A DNA stretch of 63,617 bases, counting the filler, from Asterionella formosa (lineage: Eukaryota), in NCBI GenBank assembly GCA_002256025.1. It is 20 parts of 20 records of this genome, joined end to end, with 100 filler letters (N's around TTAATTAATTAA, not from the genome) between each part and the next. Parts side by side here need not be neighbours in the genome. Positions count along the whole stretch, not along the records: positions 19,902 to 39,697 come from NKIB01003527.1; 19 more parts are not named here. One strand, given 5' to 3'. The position numbers were made by a program, and so were the translations under genes. The first letter of the stretch is position 1. Each line of letters begins with the position of its first letter. Below the pieces are notes generated by a model. The model was given only the letters and a program-made list of their open reading frames with translations. It made no database searches and was not told the DNA's origin. Below are positions 25,434-39,189 of this stretch, one piece after another.

Positions 25434-26690
25434 TATAGAACAGATAGCACCTGCACCTCTTGATATGTACAAACTGGAACATTGTCCCATCGATCAAACT
25501 TGTAGCGCACACCTACCACTTAGAGATGTGATATTATTTTAGATCATTCATTTTCTTATATGATTGCTGGGTGAAATGAGACTGAGAGATGAAATAGAAC
25601 AGATACGACATGCAGCTCTTGACATGTAAAAACTGGAGCATTGCTCTGCTATGCCCCATACATTAAGGGTCTTTCAAGTATAGGGTATATACAGTATCCA
25701 ACGCATGGTTCTGAAGAATTCCCGAGTTTATTGAAGAGCTCCACCTGAGAATGATGTCTGCATACGTCAATTATATACCGGTACACCTGAGCGTACCATG
25801 TTGCTCAGCATATGTGAGAAATTGATGCATATAATACACATGATAGGAAGAAGCTATTTCGTCCGTCTCTTTTTGATAAAACCCTAGCTGTGGGAAACCG
25901 ACGAATATTTGTGGAAATAAATCTACTTTAGATACGAACAAGACAGTCTTAAATGTTAAATAGTCTGATCTGTTATTGTGAGTAATCTACTGCAAAGCTA
26001 GAACACATACTCGTCGTTTTTTCTCGCTCAAAGCAGATCCAACCATTGCCGTCGAACACCACAACATACCCATCACATAAATGCCTGGATATAGACACGA
26101 AAACACAAGTAAGAGAATCATTTGAGATCTAACCACACCTTAAATTGGAAGCTCACGATGATTGATTGCCAAGCTTAACTTCCACCACATCCGTACCAAA
26201 CAACAACCACCAAGACCGATCTGGGAGGTACAGGAAACTCCGTACTTCCTCGCTAGGTGGAAAATTCCTTACCGGTATGTGTATTGTTTTCAAGAATATA
26301 GCATCAATATTATGAGTCACATGGACTGTGGACTCAACTATAGTCCAATGAGTCAAATGGTGCGTTCCCATGTCAAGAAGCTTGCTAACAAGATTTATGC
26401 CTTAGATCAATCAGAAGAAGGTTTACATCAACAAAAAGGGAACACAAAGAACCGGTTCTCGAAGAGTGACAAATGGGATTGAAACTTCTTTTTAGTTTAA
26501 GCTTATAATTAGGAAACAGTGAGAATTGACAGAGTAAGGTAGCATGAAGGCTAGCAGCAGAAAGAAGATAACAATACTAGTGGTACAACAGGTAAGACCA
26601 ACGTAAGAGGAACCCGCCAGACAGGAAGGAGTACGAGACCTTTTAACACGCTTTAAAGGAAGCTTTGAAGGCCCAGGCTAATCAGGAAGG

Positions 26691-27420
26691 ATGGGAAGTG
26701 ACGAAGACACCTCTGTGAGGTTGCTGATGTTCGATGAGCAAGATGCTAAATGGCACATCTGGAAAGCAAAGTTTCTCGCATATGCGTGCAACAAGAACTT
26801 TCAAACTACCTAAAGGGCAATATGATTGTGTTGTCAGATGCCGACGAGAAATGCATCCGAAGGAAGAACACAGTTGCTTACACAAGTTTGATAATGGCAT
26901 GCCAGAGTGGGCCATTCGGACACGTAAATGATGCAAGAAGTGCCAAGTTTCCTAACGGCAATGCTAAAGAAGCATGGGAAAAGCTCATTTCTACATATGA
27001 GTCAGGCAACATGGCAAACGTCATTGCCTTGTCCCACCAATGGACGAAGTGCAACTCTAGGGGAAAATGAGAACCCGACAGCTGGTATGTGGAGTTGGAT
27101 GATATCCAGGAACAATTGGACAATATGAGCTCAGCCGTTTTGGATGGTGCCTATGTGGCACACATGATCAACAACCTACCGGAAAGCTACAAGAGTTTGG
27201 TAGTAGGAAGTTCGGCCTGGCGTGCTACACGCTAACAGTAGAAGAGATTCATACAGACATCCGGGACTACTACTACCTACATGTCCGGGATGAATTCAAA
27301 ACGACCTAGCAGGCACAACATTGAACAGGCATTCTACACGAAGGGAAGTTCAAAAGTGACTGTCGTAATTGTGGCAAGCATGGCCAAAAGGCGGCTGACT
27401 GTCGCAGCGAGGGCAATAGT
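26691..27420 (+). mobile_element. Decayed Ty1/Copia gag
   Basis: MGSDEDTSVRLLMFDEQDAKWHIWKAKFLAY, GNAKEAWEKLISTYE, INNLPESYK and a degenerate zinc knuckle CRNCGKHGQKAADC, with frameshifts and stops. Confidence 0.8.
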
Positions 27421-29200
27421 GCCGACAAGACGTCTGCAATTAAAAAAAACCATGCATATAGGATCAAGGGTATCGTACGCTAAGTGGCACAGGATTTTCG
27501 TATAAATGATTATTTTGGATCAAAATTATGATCAAGGTATCCTATAACTATGATGATTTATTAATATTTTACCAACCTTTAAGTATAATGATAATAAGAA
27601 CATTATCATCACACAATGTATATCAGCTGATCAACAACATTACTCATCAACTTCATAAACCTTCTCATATTATTTTCAATTCTCGTGATTGCCCGATGTA
27701 AATTAGCTATTACTACAACGCATCCTAAAATCAGCTCAACTCTATGCTATCATGTGAATTGTTTCATCGTTAATCTATCGTAAACATGATCATAATTCTA
27801 ATCACAAGCATTGTTCAAAATAGATGGTGAAAGGGATCGTAATTTAACTATCAAATTAAGCAATGCTATCTATTATTCTACATGCCAGCGACCCAATGTT
27901 TCTCTCTCTACCTGGCTCACAGTATATTGTTCCTGTCTCGCCAATTTCTTCCTCTTTTCTGAATCTTGTGCCAAGCAATGCCTTACTAATGTTGCGTCTC
28001 TCTCCCTGCTGTTAGTGTCATTCTGAACTCGCCGACTATTCTGTTGTTTGATCGGTTTTATTGTCCTATGCAGTGACAGTACCAATGAGAAGGAACAACT
28101 TGTTAGCTAGACATGTTACACCGACACAACATCACGCCATTCCATCGTATCATCTTGCTTGCTTCACTTACCACAGCCAAATCAAAGCAAATGATGCATA
28201 AGTCTGTAATAGCAGTAAATTGTCAGTAGCTAAATTCTTGAATAGGTAAGTATCAGGTTGCTTTCCAATGTTGCCGAATAAAACTTACCGATTCATTTTC
28301 GTTACCTTAACTTTGAGAGAAGGTAAAGTGGCGTGTCCGTCAGTTATGTTCCATCAGAAGTGAATAAGTCCAATGACAAGAGCACTTACCAATTTTGTTT
28401 TGTTTTGTTTTACATTGGTGCTCCCCAACAAGCGAAACGAGCTGTTGAATCAACTGAGAAAAAAGGAAATGTGCGTTTAGTTTACAATTTGTTGTGTTCC
28501 TACCTCCCAACGATTTTCATCCAAGTACCACATTGATGGCTTCATTACCTTAAACATACTCCATCCATCGAAGGCGCAATGTGTAGAAGCCACAATGTTT
28601 TTCGTTATTGCGTAAACTTTTCCTTTCTTGTCATGTGCTTTACGATATTTCTTTTCATGAAGCAGGCATTGTTTGTTAGCTAACATGACAGAACGATTTC
28701 AAATATACTTGCCATGTATATAATTGTAAAATTTGTAAAAATATATATGTATCAAGTGTCGTAAATTTTTAAAAATCAAAGGCACTCTCAATATGGAACG
28801 TCTGGTATTGTTGAGATGATCATATTTGCATATAGATAATTCGAAAATATTCAATGCACGATATGTCCATTGTTTTCCACGACTTGGTGTACCGGTACTT
28901 TTTTTTGAAATTTTTTTGCATCGATATTTTCTACGTCTGTTAGAACAAATTATTTACTTGCAGACCATTCAAATGGTGTACTAAGTCACAACCCATTTGT
29001 ATCATTATTTATACGCAAGGATTCTGGTAGCAAATTGTTTAAGCCCCTTATTTGGGCGGGAGTTCTTCATGTGTACCGGTACATCATACAACAATAACAT
29101 TTTATCATAAATATACAGAGCACCAGTAGCAGGTAGGAAGTGATATACTGGGGATACAGGTAGTCACAGTACCAGGTAGTAAAGGGAAGAACAGAACACC

Positions 29201-29715
29201 ATATGTTCATGACTGTTGCTACTGCAGTGGGACAGCAAATCATAATAGTTTTAGGATCGTATGATCAAAAAATTGAAAAAGGATAGTCGGAGTAGTAAGC
29301 GAGCAACAGAGCACTATATGGTAACGACTGCTGCTACAGCAGCGGGACATTAAATCATCACATTTTTAGGATTGTATGATCATAAAATTGAAAAAGAATA
29401 GTCGGAGTAGTAAGCGAGCAACAGAGCAACATATGTTCATGACTGCTGCTAATGCAGTGGGACTGTAAATCATCATAGTTTTAGGATCGTCTGATCATAA
29501 AATTGAAAAAGAATAGTTGGAGTAGTAAGCGAGCGACAGAAAACCATATGTTCATGACTGTTGCTACTGCAGCGGGACAGTAAATCATCATATTTTTAGG
29601 ATTTTACAATCGTAAAATTGAAAGAGAGTAGTCGAATATGTTTATGACTGCTGCTACTGCAGCGGGACAGTAAATCATCATTTTTTTGGATTGTATAATC
29701 GTATAATTGAAAACA
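29201..29715 (+). repeat. 115-bp tandem array (about 4.7 copies)
   Basis: Units starting ATATG..CATGACTG.TGCTACTGCAG.GGGACAG begin at 29201, 29316, 29431, 29546 and 29636. Confidence 0.9.
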
Positions 29716-29920
29716 AGATATGCTATTACTCAAACTCGGTTCTGATTTTGTACATGATAATGTAAATAGCACTGTTGGTTTTATGGTATCAAATCTAGAC
29801 AGCGTAAAATATTATATGTAGTGGCTGATGATTCATTTCATTGTAGCGTGCATCATCCTGATTTTAAGATCATCGACCTTTGAGGAAGAGAACGACAACA
29901 GCTATCTAGTAGTACAAACA

Positions 29921-31830
29921 ATGTCTTCAAAAAACCATAAAAAGGTTCATGGAAACAAGCGACATGTGGCAAATACTGCCGGTATGGAACAAAGAAGCAA
30001 GTATAAATGAGTTAACAAAGAAAAAGCGAACAGGCGATTATCCAGAGGAACCCAATCGGCGACAGGGAGTTAGTGGGGGTACTACCCCATCGTCGATGGG
30101 TACCCAATCAGCTACTAGTACAAAGGCTCCCGTAACTGATACTGAAAGTGATGATGACGTTTCTTTTTCAGTTGATGATACAAGAAAAATGGCTCCTGTC
30201 GATGATACCATTAATAACTCCCGGATGCAGATGGACAACATGGTACCATATCATAAATTTTCTAATCGCACGGACCAACAAGTACATGACAAACTTAGGG
30301 AAAAACATTTTGCGCTTGCGAAAGGATATTATCATTTGGTCAATGAACTCAATCACTACAAAGGTCGTAATTTGGTTCAAAACTCGTCCATACGAGGTTA
30401 TCAAGAATCTTCAATTTCAGCAGCCTTATCAGAACGTCGTTCCCACTTAGCTAAAATGTAACCGATCCATCAATTGTAACAAAGGTTGTGAGTTGCTTTT
30501 ATTTTCAAGACCAAGAAGTTTTGCTGTGAACATGTAATTTTGAGGTTATAGTTCTCGAATTGCAGGTACTGTAAAACAGAATATCAATCAAATGTGCTTT
30601 TTTCTGGTCCCAAAAGAGAATCAAACATCCCGCCCTGCCTATCTGGTCCAAGTAGTATGATCGGCATTTCCAATCACAAACAGGATTGTTTTGCCGAATG
30701 TTGCCTGACTCGGCTATACACAGTGAAATCGGAGTTGGGCAAAGAAGTGGAGCGAGAGTGACCCAGAGCTTGGCGACTTCATATGGAATGGTTCTGATGC
30801 ACTACTTCCGATGAATCAGACCATTGAACATATCAACAAGGCACGTTTACATTATATTAAATCAACATTTGGTGGCATGTGCATTAAAATGTTGAGATAA
30901 TGTCAGAATGTATTGAATAATCAATTTAAAGGAATCTTAGGTAAGTTCTTGCAGGGCGGGAGATGCTCTGAAAACATGATGTTTTGAGTCAGTGATTATA
31001 TTCTTATCAAATATGTTTGAAATAAAAATGCTAACATAATTCATGACGCGCCAGCTGGTCTAACAGAATATAGCTAAGGATATTGATGACTTTATTAGGT
31101 GGGCGTTCACGCTTTATCGTTTTGCGCAGTCAAAGTCAAAGGACATTGACAGGGGAAGCCAGGCCAAGGATACCAAGTCTGGCGTGATGTTCTTGCTCCA
31201 GTGTATTTTATAGGCAAGACAAGCCGTGGAGAACCATTTTTAACAGGAGACAAATCTGGTGTGACCAAATTTCAACTAAGTCTTCGGGCACAATGTGAGT
31301 TGCAATCAAGAACGTTTTGTTGGTTCGCTGATCAATGCCAGTACAGAAGCCTTTTGCTTCTTGCTGCTGAAAGGAAAATTCTTATTGCAACAAAATTATT
31401 TGGCTTTCAATCCAAATACGCAGGACATTTCAGAGAACGATATTCGTCATTCTACTGATTTTGTCGACATTGCTTGGTGGGAAACCACTTATCAAAAAAG
31501 TGTGAGGGAAGAAAGTTTAGTTTCAAATGGTCTCACTGATCAATGGACTGATGATGTTGATTTACTCGGTTATTAAAAGGAAATCTACACTGGACTTTCA
31601 CAAAAGAATCGATCTGAATATGGAAGGAATCCTAGTGGAAATGCTACTTCCACAACCAATATCATTTACTCACACTCATACTTCTCATTTCCCAATGTAA
31701 ATGAAGAGGATATGCATCAATATTTTGAACCGCTTCAACCAAATGTTCCTGAGAAGAATATTAATTACAATGAACGCATTAATCAACGGGATATTGATGA
31801 CAACGTTGATTTTGAATGGATCTAATAGAA
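29921..31830 (+). pseudogene. Element accessory gene A, probably multi-exon, disrupted
   Basis: MSSKNHKKVHGNKR... is homologous to the longer intact ORFs at 54497-55514. It has frameshifts, and GTGAGT/GTAAGT donor sites conserved in both copies. Confidence 0.55.
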
Positions 31831-31999
31831 TCCAATGCGTGCTTAGTAGTTACATAATAAATATAGTTAGTGGGAGACTTCTACAATGCCATGAACAGCC
31901 ATTTAATTAGATGATCAAAGTAAACTGGTGGAAGGCAATTATCGTTAAGGAATAACATGAGTTCTAATTCGATTGGATGCGCGCATGTTTAGGGAATGT

Positions 32000-34946
32000 T
32001 TACTTGGAAGTTAAAACTGAGGAGGAAGGGGCATTTCCATTGCATTTTCAGGGAGAAAGCCGGTGTGATCTTGGAAATATGAATATTGCATGGTCTCTGA
32101 ATTCAATCCTTGGAGAGTTTTTAGTCTTTTGATGGAAGGTATCAAGCTCCATCCTAAAAGACTTTGGAAAAACGCATGGATATTTCTTTTCCACTAACAT
32201 TAGCTGGTGGTCAACTGTTGACCAAACAAATAAAGATTGATAACAATTCAAACATGATCATCCCACGCACACTCCATTATTTCGAACCAGTACAGCTCAT
32301 GGCAGGATTGTTACGTGATTACGATATCATGCAACATTTTGTATGTCACCCACAAGTGAAACTTACAACTTGTGGAGAACGCATAGATGACGAAGTAACT
32401 TCCGCGACTTGGTTTGAAAATGCATTCAACAATTCTCCTGCATCAGAAAATGGAGTGTTGAAGCAAAGACAGGGTGTCTATTTGTTGCCCTAGCAGTTTC
32501 AGTGATGGTTCACCTATTGATAAACAAATGAAACATTCCGAGCATCCGCTTTTGTTGACAATGTTAAACTTAATGTCAGAAGGAAGGAAAAAAGTTGATG
32601 GATGGCAAATGGTAACTCTTTTGCCAGACCCCCACATTGAAGTCAGTGATCTGGAGAAACAAATGAATAATAAGTTATCTGGTGACGACTTGTCCTTATG
32701 TCGACTCAAATTATACCATTCTGTTACAGGATTTCTATTGTCGCCTTTCGAAGAGGGATGCAAACAAGTCATACGATATTTGGGTTCATGGTCTTTGTAT
32801 GACAAAAGTTTATTTCCAGATTGGAATGACCATTGGTGATACAGAAGAGCAGAAAAAAATTTGTGGTTTCAGGGGTGGTAATGGATTATATCGACGATGT
32901 GTTTGTCGTGATTGCCTTGTTTCAACTGAAGATGCTGATAATCCTGATATTGGATGTGAACGTCGTACAGTGTCAGATGTTAAAATGTTTTTAAACAATT
33001 TTCTTGACAAAAATGCGCATCCCGATGGAAAATTACCATATATGTCTCCCAAACTAATGGCAAATATGCAACAGCAAATGAGTGGTGCCATGTATATCGC
33101 ACCATCCAGTCATGCCTCCACTAATAAATCATTTTTTTGGTTTGTGACAGAGGGAATATTTGGCGCAACTACATTTGAGGTTCCTCATCAATTACTACCT
33201 AGAATATTTAAGTACATTTTGGAATCATTGTACAATTATCGGACTATCCCTGAAGAATGGAAATGCTTTTTTAAAGAAAGAAAATCACCACAGCAGATAT
33301 TTCAGAGAACATCTCTGATCAGAAACGTATCACTGAAATAATATACACTGATTTAATTGATCAAGAGCAACCGAAGAAACCGTCAAAGACCGGAAAGGAG
33401 CGACAAACGCACCAGTTACCAAAAATATCTACACTGGCAAAAATCAAGAACCAACACTTGTACCAGCACCAGAAATGTATTTTTGAAACTATACTATACT
33501 TCGAACAAAGAGCTAGATATATCAATAGCTAGTCATTTGGAAAGCAAGGCAAAGCGATCGCGATATTCCAAAATTGTCATACTGATCTGGGATGACAGGT
33601 TTGTCAAAAATGTCAGGGCAAGAAATTCCCGGATTATGTCTGTTAACTATTTTTTCAATGGTGGAATGATGGGTTCAGAGAAAATGTACCTAGAAAAGGA
33701 TTTCACAATTCTGTCATGGGTATGTATATCTATCAATGACACTTTATTCATACCACAGTTTACATCAACATGTATTGACATTTTAGAGGAAAGGGTTAAG
33801 AGATTTATGTCAGTTACTAAGATTATGATTGGTCCCCAACGGGAAATGATATCTCAAATTGGCTTACGAATGGCAAGATTTCATGGAATGAAACATTACA
33901 CTCATCTGATAAGGAAGTTCGGATCTCCTCTTAATTTCTTTGGTGGATTTTTGGACTCTTTTTTGAAAGACAAATTGAAACGACCCAGTAAGCGAGTCAA
34001 TGGACAATTACATCGATTAAAGCATGATATGTATTTTAACAAGGTCATATGAAACAAGGCAGTTTGCCTTGGCACGAAATATTGTTTTTGCAAGTGATAC
34101 ATTACATACAAAAAACAAACAAAAGAAGATGAGTAAAGTAGTACATATGAATGTAACTGAGGGTATTTCAACAGAAATTGATTTCGAGGGAATGATTCAG
34201 GATACAAGGATGTTGCCTAGTATGTCGCCTGATTCACCGTCCCTTCCTGTTAAAGTTCAATTCTCTGCTTCATCATCAAATGGTCTATGGACTATAGCAG
34301 GTGTCCCTAATAAGTTTGGGCATGTATCACGGAGTAAGGATGCACCCTTTTCTCAATTGGTTCATCCTGATTTACCGACGGGGCCAACTAGTCTACGTCA
34401 AGAGCATTGCGAATTCAGCAATAGAAATAGCAAGAATAAACGTCTCGAAGATGGGCGGGGTTGGGCCTGTTTCCATTGTGAGGATTGACTTTTATTATCA
34501 TGTTAAAATTGAAAGTAACGTTCCTGGCCAAACTACTACTTTCAGATGCCATCAGCCATCCGAAATGGAATAATGATTCAAATGCAGGAATCTCTGGTCG
34601 GGAATGGTTTGACTGGGTCGAAGTGAACTGGGAGAAGGGAGATGGATCAAGTTCCTACACAGTTCCTGCAAAACTACTTCTTTGGGGAAATGTTATTTTC
34701 TCCAACACAACAACCATTCTCTTAGCGTGTATTCGTTCCTTGAAAAGTTCAGCTGACATGAAAATTCATAAATGTATGTTTTTTGCAAGAGGAGACACTT
34801 TATGCAATGATACAACTGAATTGAGCGTTGTTGAATTTCATAACATACTTTCGGCAGCATTTGTTGTTCCTGCTTTGAAATCACAGGAATCAAGGAAATC
34901 TCTGAAATCGCAAGAAGTTTTGGAACAGCCAATTACGAAAAGATAA
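32000..34946 (+). pseudogene. Plavaka-like (CMC/EnSpm-related) transposase, frameshifted
   Basis: Motifs in the expected order: ERIDDEVTSATWF, FSDGSPID..HSEHPLLLTMLNL, LYHSVTGFLL, IGDTEEQKKICG..CRDC, ARFHGMKHYTHLIRKFGSPLNFFGGFLDSFLKDKLKRP and WFDWVEVNW..PAKLLLW. Confidence 0.7.
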
Positions 34947-35049
34947 TTTTTATGTTGCCATGCCTCCACGTCATTTATGATAATCAATCGGGTGGGACCA
35001 AAAACTAACAAGCGAACGTTGATAAATATACAAGAATAATATAAATAAT

Positions 35050-37390
35050 AGTGATAATATAGTTTCACATACTAGTTAAGTTATTAGAAGGTTTTCACAA
35101 ACTAAAATGTCCTGAGGAATGATGAGATTGGATGATCCCAATGGTCCATTAGCTATTTGTTCTTTTTCACTCCCAAAGAACCTAAGATGGTCCTTCTCGT
35201 TTCGTCAGAAAATTTGCTTCTCCACTTTTCAACTGCAGTTCGATATGAGTCTGTAAACTTTTTCAATTTGATTCCAGAAGGGCTATCATATCATCAGTTA
35301 CAAAATATTATTCAACTTTTTGTCAATTATGATGCATCCAGAAATATGGCCAAGAGGTGCATGATTATACCGTCTGAAGGGAGCAACTTTTTCATTCGTT
35401 TGTTGGATCATGGATTTTACGTTGACAACATCATCCTTCTTGAAAATTAATTGCAAGGAAGTCGTCCAAAAACTTCGTTCAACATTTTTAAATCTAAATA
35501 GGAGCTCAAAATTTTGTCGATACAAAATTGAAGAAAATTTCTTATTTCCAACTGAAACATATCCTCACGAATGTTTGTCGTTGTCACTTGAGGCTAAACT
35601 GTTCCAAGATGAAAGTATGTTGACTTGGTTGGTTTGGTCAGATGTAACAGACAACAAGTAAATGGTCCACATGACCATCCACTGTCATCTTCTGGTTGAA
35701 ATAACATGGAATCATGTTCAGTGGCCATAATGATCTGCAATGGCGCCGTGCTTTGGTGCCATCATAAAAAGATTCCGATAAACCAACTTCTTCAGGTGTA
35801 TGGTATTCTTTTGGAAGATATCCTGTATCGGTACTTAACAATTCCAATTGTTTCGTGCATCCAGGGATGATGCAGTACTAACGGGCAAGGTCAAATACTT
35901 GATCATAATGTTCACCCAAACTTGCAACTTTTCCTGAATCACGGACTTGACATAATCCATCATTTATAGCAAAAAGATAATGCACAAAATGGTTGTTTTC
36001 CTCCTCGTCTGATCTTTTGCAAGAAACAATTAGCACATACAGTAGTTACTCTCATGATGAAGTGGATCACAATCACCTTGGTATATATACAGTTTGTCAT
36101 TACCCTTTTCTGGGATCTCATCCAAATCAAATATAATCTTTACATCAGTTGGATGAACTTCATGAAATATATAATGGATCATAGAGCAAGGTCATTGTTT
36201 CAAGGTGCTGTCCCAATATGCAAGATCTTTAAAATCTGAAGATGATTTTTTGATACCTTTGATTCCATAAATTACATAGGCGTAAAAGCATATTTCTTGT
36301 AGGGTACGTGTGTACAAATCTTTCCACAATTTTAGTTGTCCATGAGTTTTCGGCAAACTCAAGGAAAATGCAATTTGCTTTGGCATAATCACTCTACACA
36401 TTTCACATGCCGAGCGACTCTTCACAAAAGTAGGCTAGCTGCCTTTGGGATTGTTCTCAATGGTTTTACAAAGAAATACTATTCTCTTTCTTCCATGTTC
36501 ACTTCGTTCCCGACTCAGTGCATCAACTGCCTTAGCCAGCATGGTCATCACATCTCTGTCTGCATTGATCTAGTTCATGAATTCGAGGTCTTGATCTAGC
36601 TCGGACTTTTTCTTGAATACCTTTTCTTTTAGAAATACAATATGTTCTCTGCTCTGCTTTCATGATGTTCATCTTGATGGTCTGGACGAATAGTGAGACA
36701 TATTTCTTGGTTTTGCAACTTTTCAACCATTTCTACTTCAGAAGTGATGTCGCCCACAATTCCGCCGGTATTTTCATTCATCGCATGAATTTTTTCATCA
36801 AATGAATGAGAATCACTGAGTTCTTCTTCGTTATTATCGATTTCAGGAGAATGAGGAGCAAAATACGAAACTGGATGAAACTGTGACTCTGTAGGAATAT
36901 AGTCTTCATCCGCGATGAACAACTGTTTGGGTTTCCTTGCTCTTCGAAAGCAATCTTTCCCTCTTTTCAATCTCTACCACTTTTGAATCGCTTGGCATCA
37001 TACTTCATTATTTTTTCTGGAGTATTATGAGTCTGTTCAAATTCATTTGTTATTTGAGTGTACTCAAAGGAATCTTCGATTGATTTCATAAGTTTCTTCA
37101 TATTCTTTTCCGAAAACATAAAGTCGTGTAGTGTAAACAATGGAAGTAAGTCATGTTTCTTGTTTGACTGATCCCTTGCATGAAATCCATGAAATGCCAT
37201 TTTAAAAGGTGTCAAAGGGCCAGAAGACTATGATGTAAAACAGTGGGAGGGAAACACGGAGATTTTCGTGGCGCTTGCAGAGGTGCAGCTGGTGTGATGG
37301 TAACCGAGTGTAGTAATTGTTGAACAGAGCACAGCAGTGTAATATGCATGTTCCGCCAGCGTAGCGTTTACACAATACACATGCCGGCAT
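35050..37390 (-). pseudogene. Element accessory gene B, convergent with the transposase, Cys/His-rich N-terminus, disrupted
   Basis: Chain of short same-strand ORFs from 37390 (MPACVLCKRYAGGTCILHCC...HLCKRH) through 37215-36629, 36425-36192, 35847-35638 and 35525-35298. Confidence 0.4.
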
Positions 37391-37989
37391 AAATATAGCT
37401 ATAACAAGGAAAAACGACATGACAATGAACGTGATGGCTGGTTGTTGAGGATACCTGTATGTGATATGCATCAATCCATATCACAAATCATATTATTGTG
37501 ATGTACATATCAACACATCCGTATTCTTAGATCATATCCACCGTATAATACTATTGTATTAACTATTGGCTTTTACTGTATACATTAAAAGTCGAATTTA
37601 TACATTAAGTAACATAATTATGATATATTTATTTATTTATTGTGATGTATCGATAACGTACATCTTTTATCGTATTTTATTGTCATTGTATTATTTTAAC
37701 ATGATCATATTTTGATCAAAATTATATCATCAACACTTTAAGAAATCATCACAGTTCTATGATCAATGCATCATAGCTATGTGATATACTTTATTCAATA
37801 TTAAGTATCATACTTTGATGATATATGCATCGATGTAAACCTATCGTGATATCACATTATCATCTGATTAATCATGATGAGCGAGATGATTGGGAACTGT
37901 AGTATTCTGCATCGTACTACAGAGTATGATATTATAACACGCACTTTAGTAGCTAAGCAAGTCACTCCTGTAATGTAAACAAGTCGACA

Positions 37990-38470
37990 GTGCACATACA
38001 CACACGCTTATCAGGTTTGAGGCAACGGACAGTGGTTCCAACGAGCGAATGACGATACCACGGGTACCAATTTTTCCAGCAGCAAACCGCAATGATGAAT
38101 AAAACTTGTCCCGCTATTGATGAGGATGACACGGACACCGACTTTTCCAGGAGCAAACAACAATGAAGAGAGCCAGGCCACTTGTCGCTCTATTGATGGT
38201 AACAAAGATGCGGACAAGTTCAACAGTGAATACAAGAACAACATAACAATGAAAATGAGTCGGCAGTGTGTGTACGCACACACCAAGCAGGTTTGAGGCA
38301 ATGGACAGTTCCAACAAGCAAATGACGATACAGATATCAAATATTTCCTACGAGCAAACAACAATGAAGAGAGCCACTTGCTTTCGCTTTCTTGACGGTA
38401 TCAAAGATGCGGACAAGTTCTATAGTAAATACAAGTACAGCATGCCAAATGCAGAAACGAGCAACATGAA
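37990..38470 (+). repeat. Patchwork of internal direct repeats in the large element
   Basis: CAGGTTTGAGGCAA.GGACAG (x2), GAGCAAACAACAATGAAGAGAGCC (x2) and CAAAGATGCGGACAAGTT (x2). Homologous to 41990-42357 and 58410-58870. Confidence 0.75.
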
Positions 38471-39189
38471 AAAGAAATTGTACTCAGAATCATTCTATAA
38501 CTATAGCTATGTGGACAGTAGTCTGTTACGCACATTTTCGTATCTCCTTCTATGCTGAATCTCAATAGTAGATGTAGTATCATGTGAGAATTGAAAATGT
38601 CAACGAGAACAAGCAGAATGTGTTTGTTTACAAGTTGATTGGCAAGATTGTAATGCTGGTGGTCGACGAAACGGATTCACAATGTGCGCTGTGTGCGGAA
38701 CCATTACAAGTTCGAATGATTTCTTCTCTCCTGTAAACTCTTAATTGAATGATTATGAACAAAGGTTCACTGCACATGATGATTACTCAAAGAAATAATG
38801 ATCACATGACCAACAATTGAAGACGTCGTTATCGCAAACAATCATTCCACTTGTCATCGCTAGTATTTCGTTTTTGTTTCAAAAATCAGAGTGATGACGG
38901 ATGGAAATGACGAGCCAAATTACATAACTTCAGCTGGTACATTATCCTACCAAGAAACTCGAATACAGGAATCTAATAGAAACAATACATATAAAAATTA
39001 AATATTTGTAATCAAAAGGGTTACTATTTAAATTACAAGGGCATTTATCAAAATTATTAGATGATACAACGAAAAATTATGATCAGATGATCACAATTCT
39101 ATGATGCATCATGGAAATATGATAGTTTTTATTTGTAGACGTTGATGATTTTGATAAAGTTAGATAAATTGCTGGGAACAATTTTTCCA

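Larger units (their letters stand above)
27450..39170 (+). mobile_element. Large (~12 kb) decayed multi-gene DNA element with a Plavaka-like transposase; boundaries approximate
   Basis: Contains the transposase remnant, two accessory genes and internal repeat arrays. Diverged copies of sub-segments lie at 41597-42357, 45345-46347, 51765-52480, 54423-55651 and 58410-59478. Confidence 0.65.

Noticed and set aside
25798..26590. LTR and primer-binding site upstream of Copia gag
   Set aside because: TG...CA ends and a TGGTA site are plausible, but there is no second LTR or clear tRNA complement to confirm them.
29201..29715. CRISPR-like array
   Set aside because: Whole units are repeated with no unique spacers, there are no cas genes, and the context is eukaryotic.
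35050..37390. TET/JBP dioxygenase cargo expected beside a Plavaka transposase
   Set aside because: No convincing HxD...H...R pattern could be read from the fragments.
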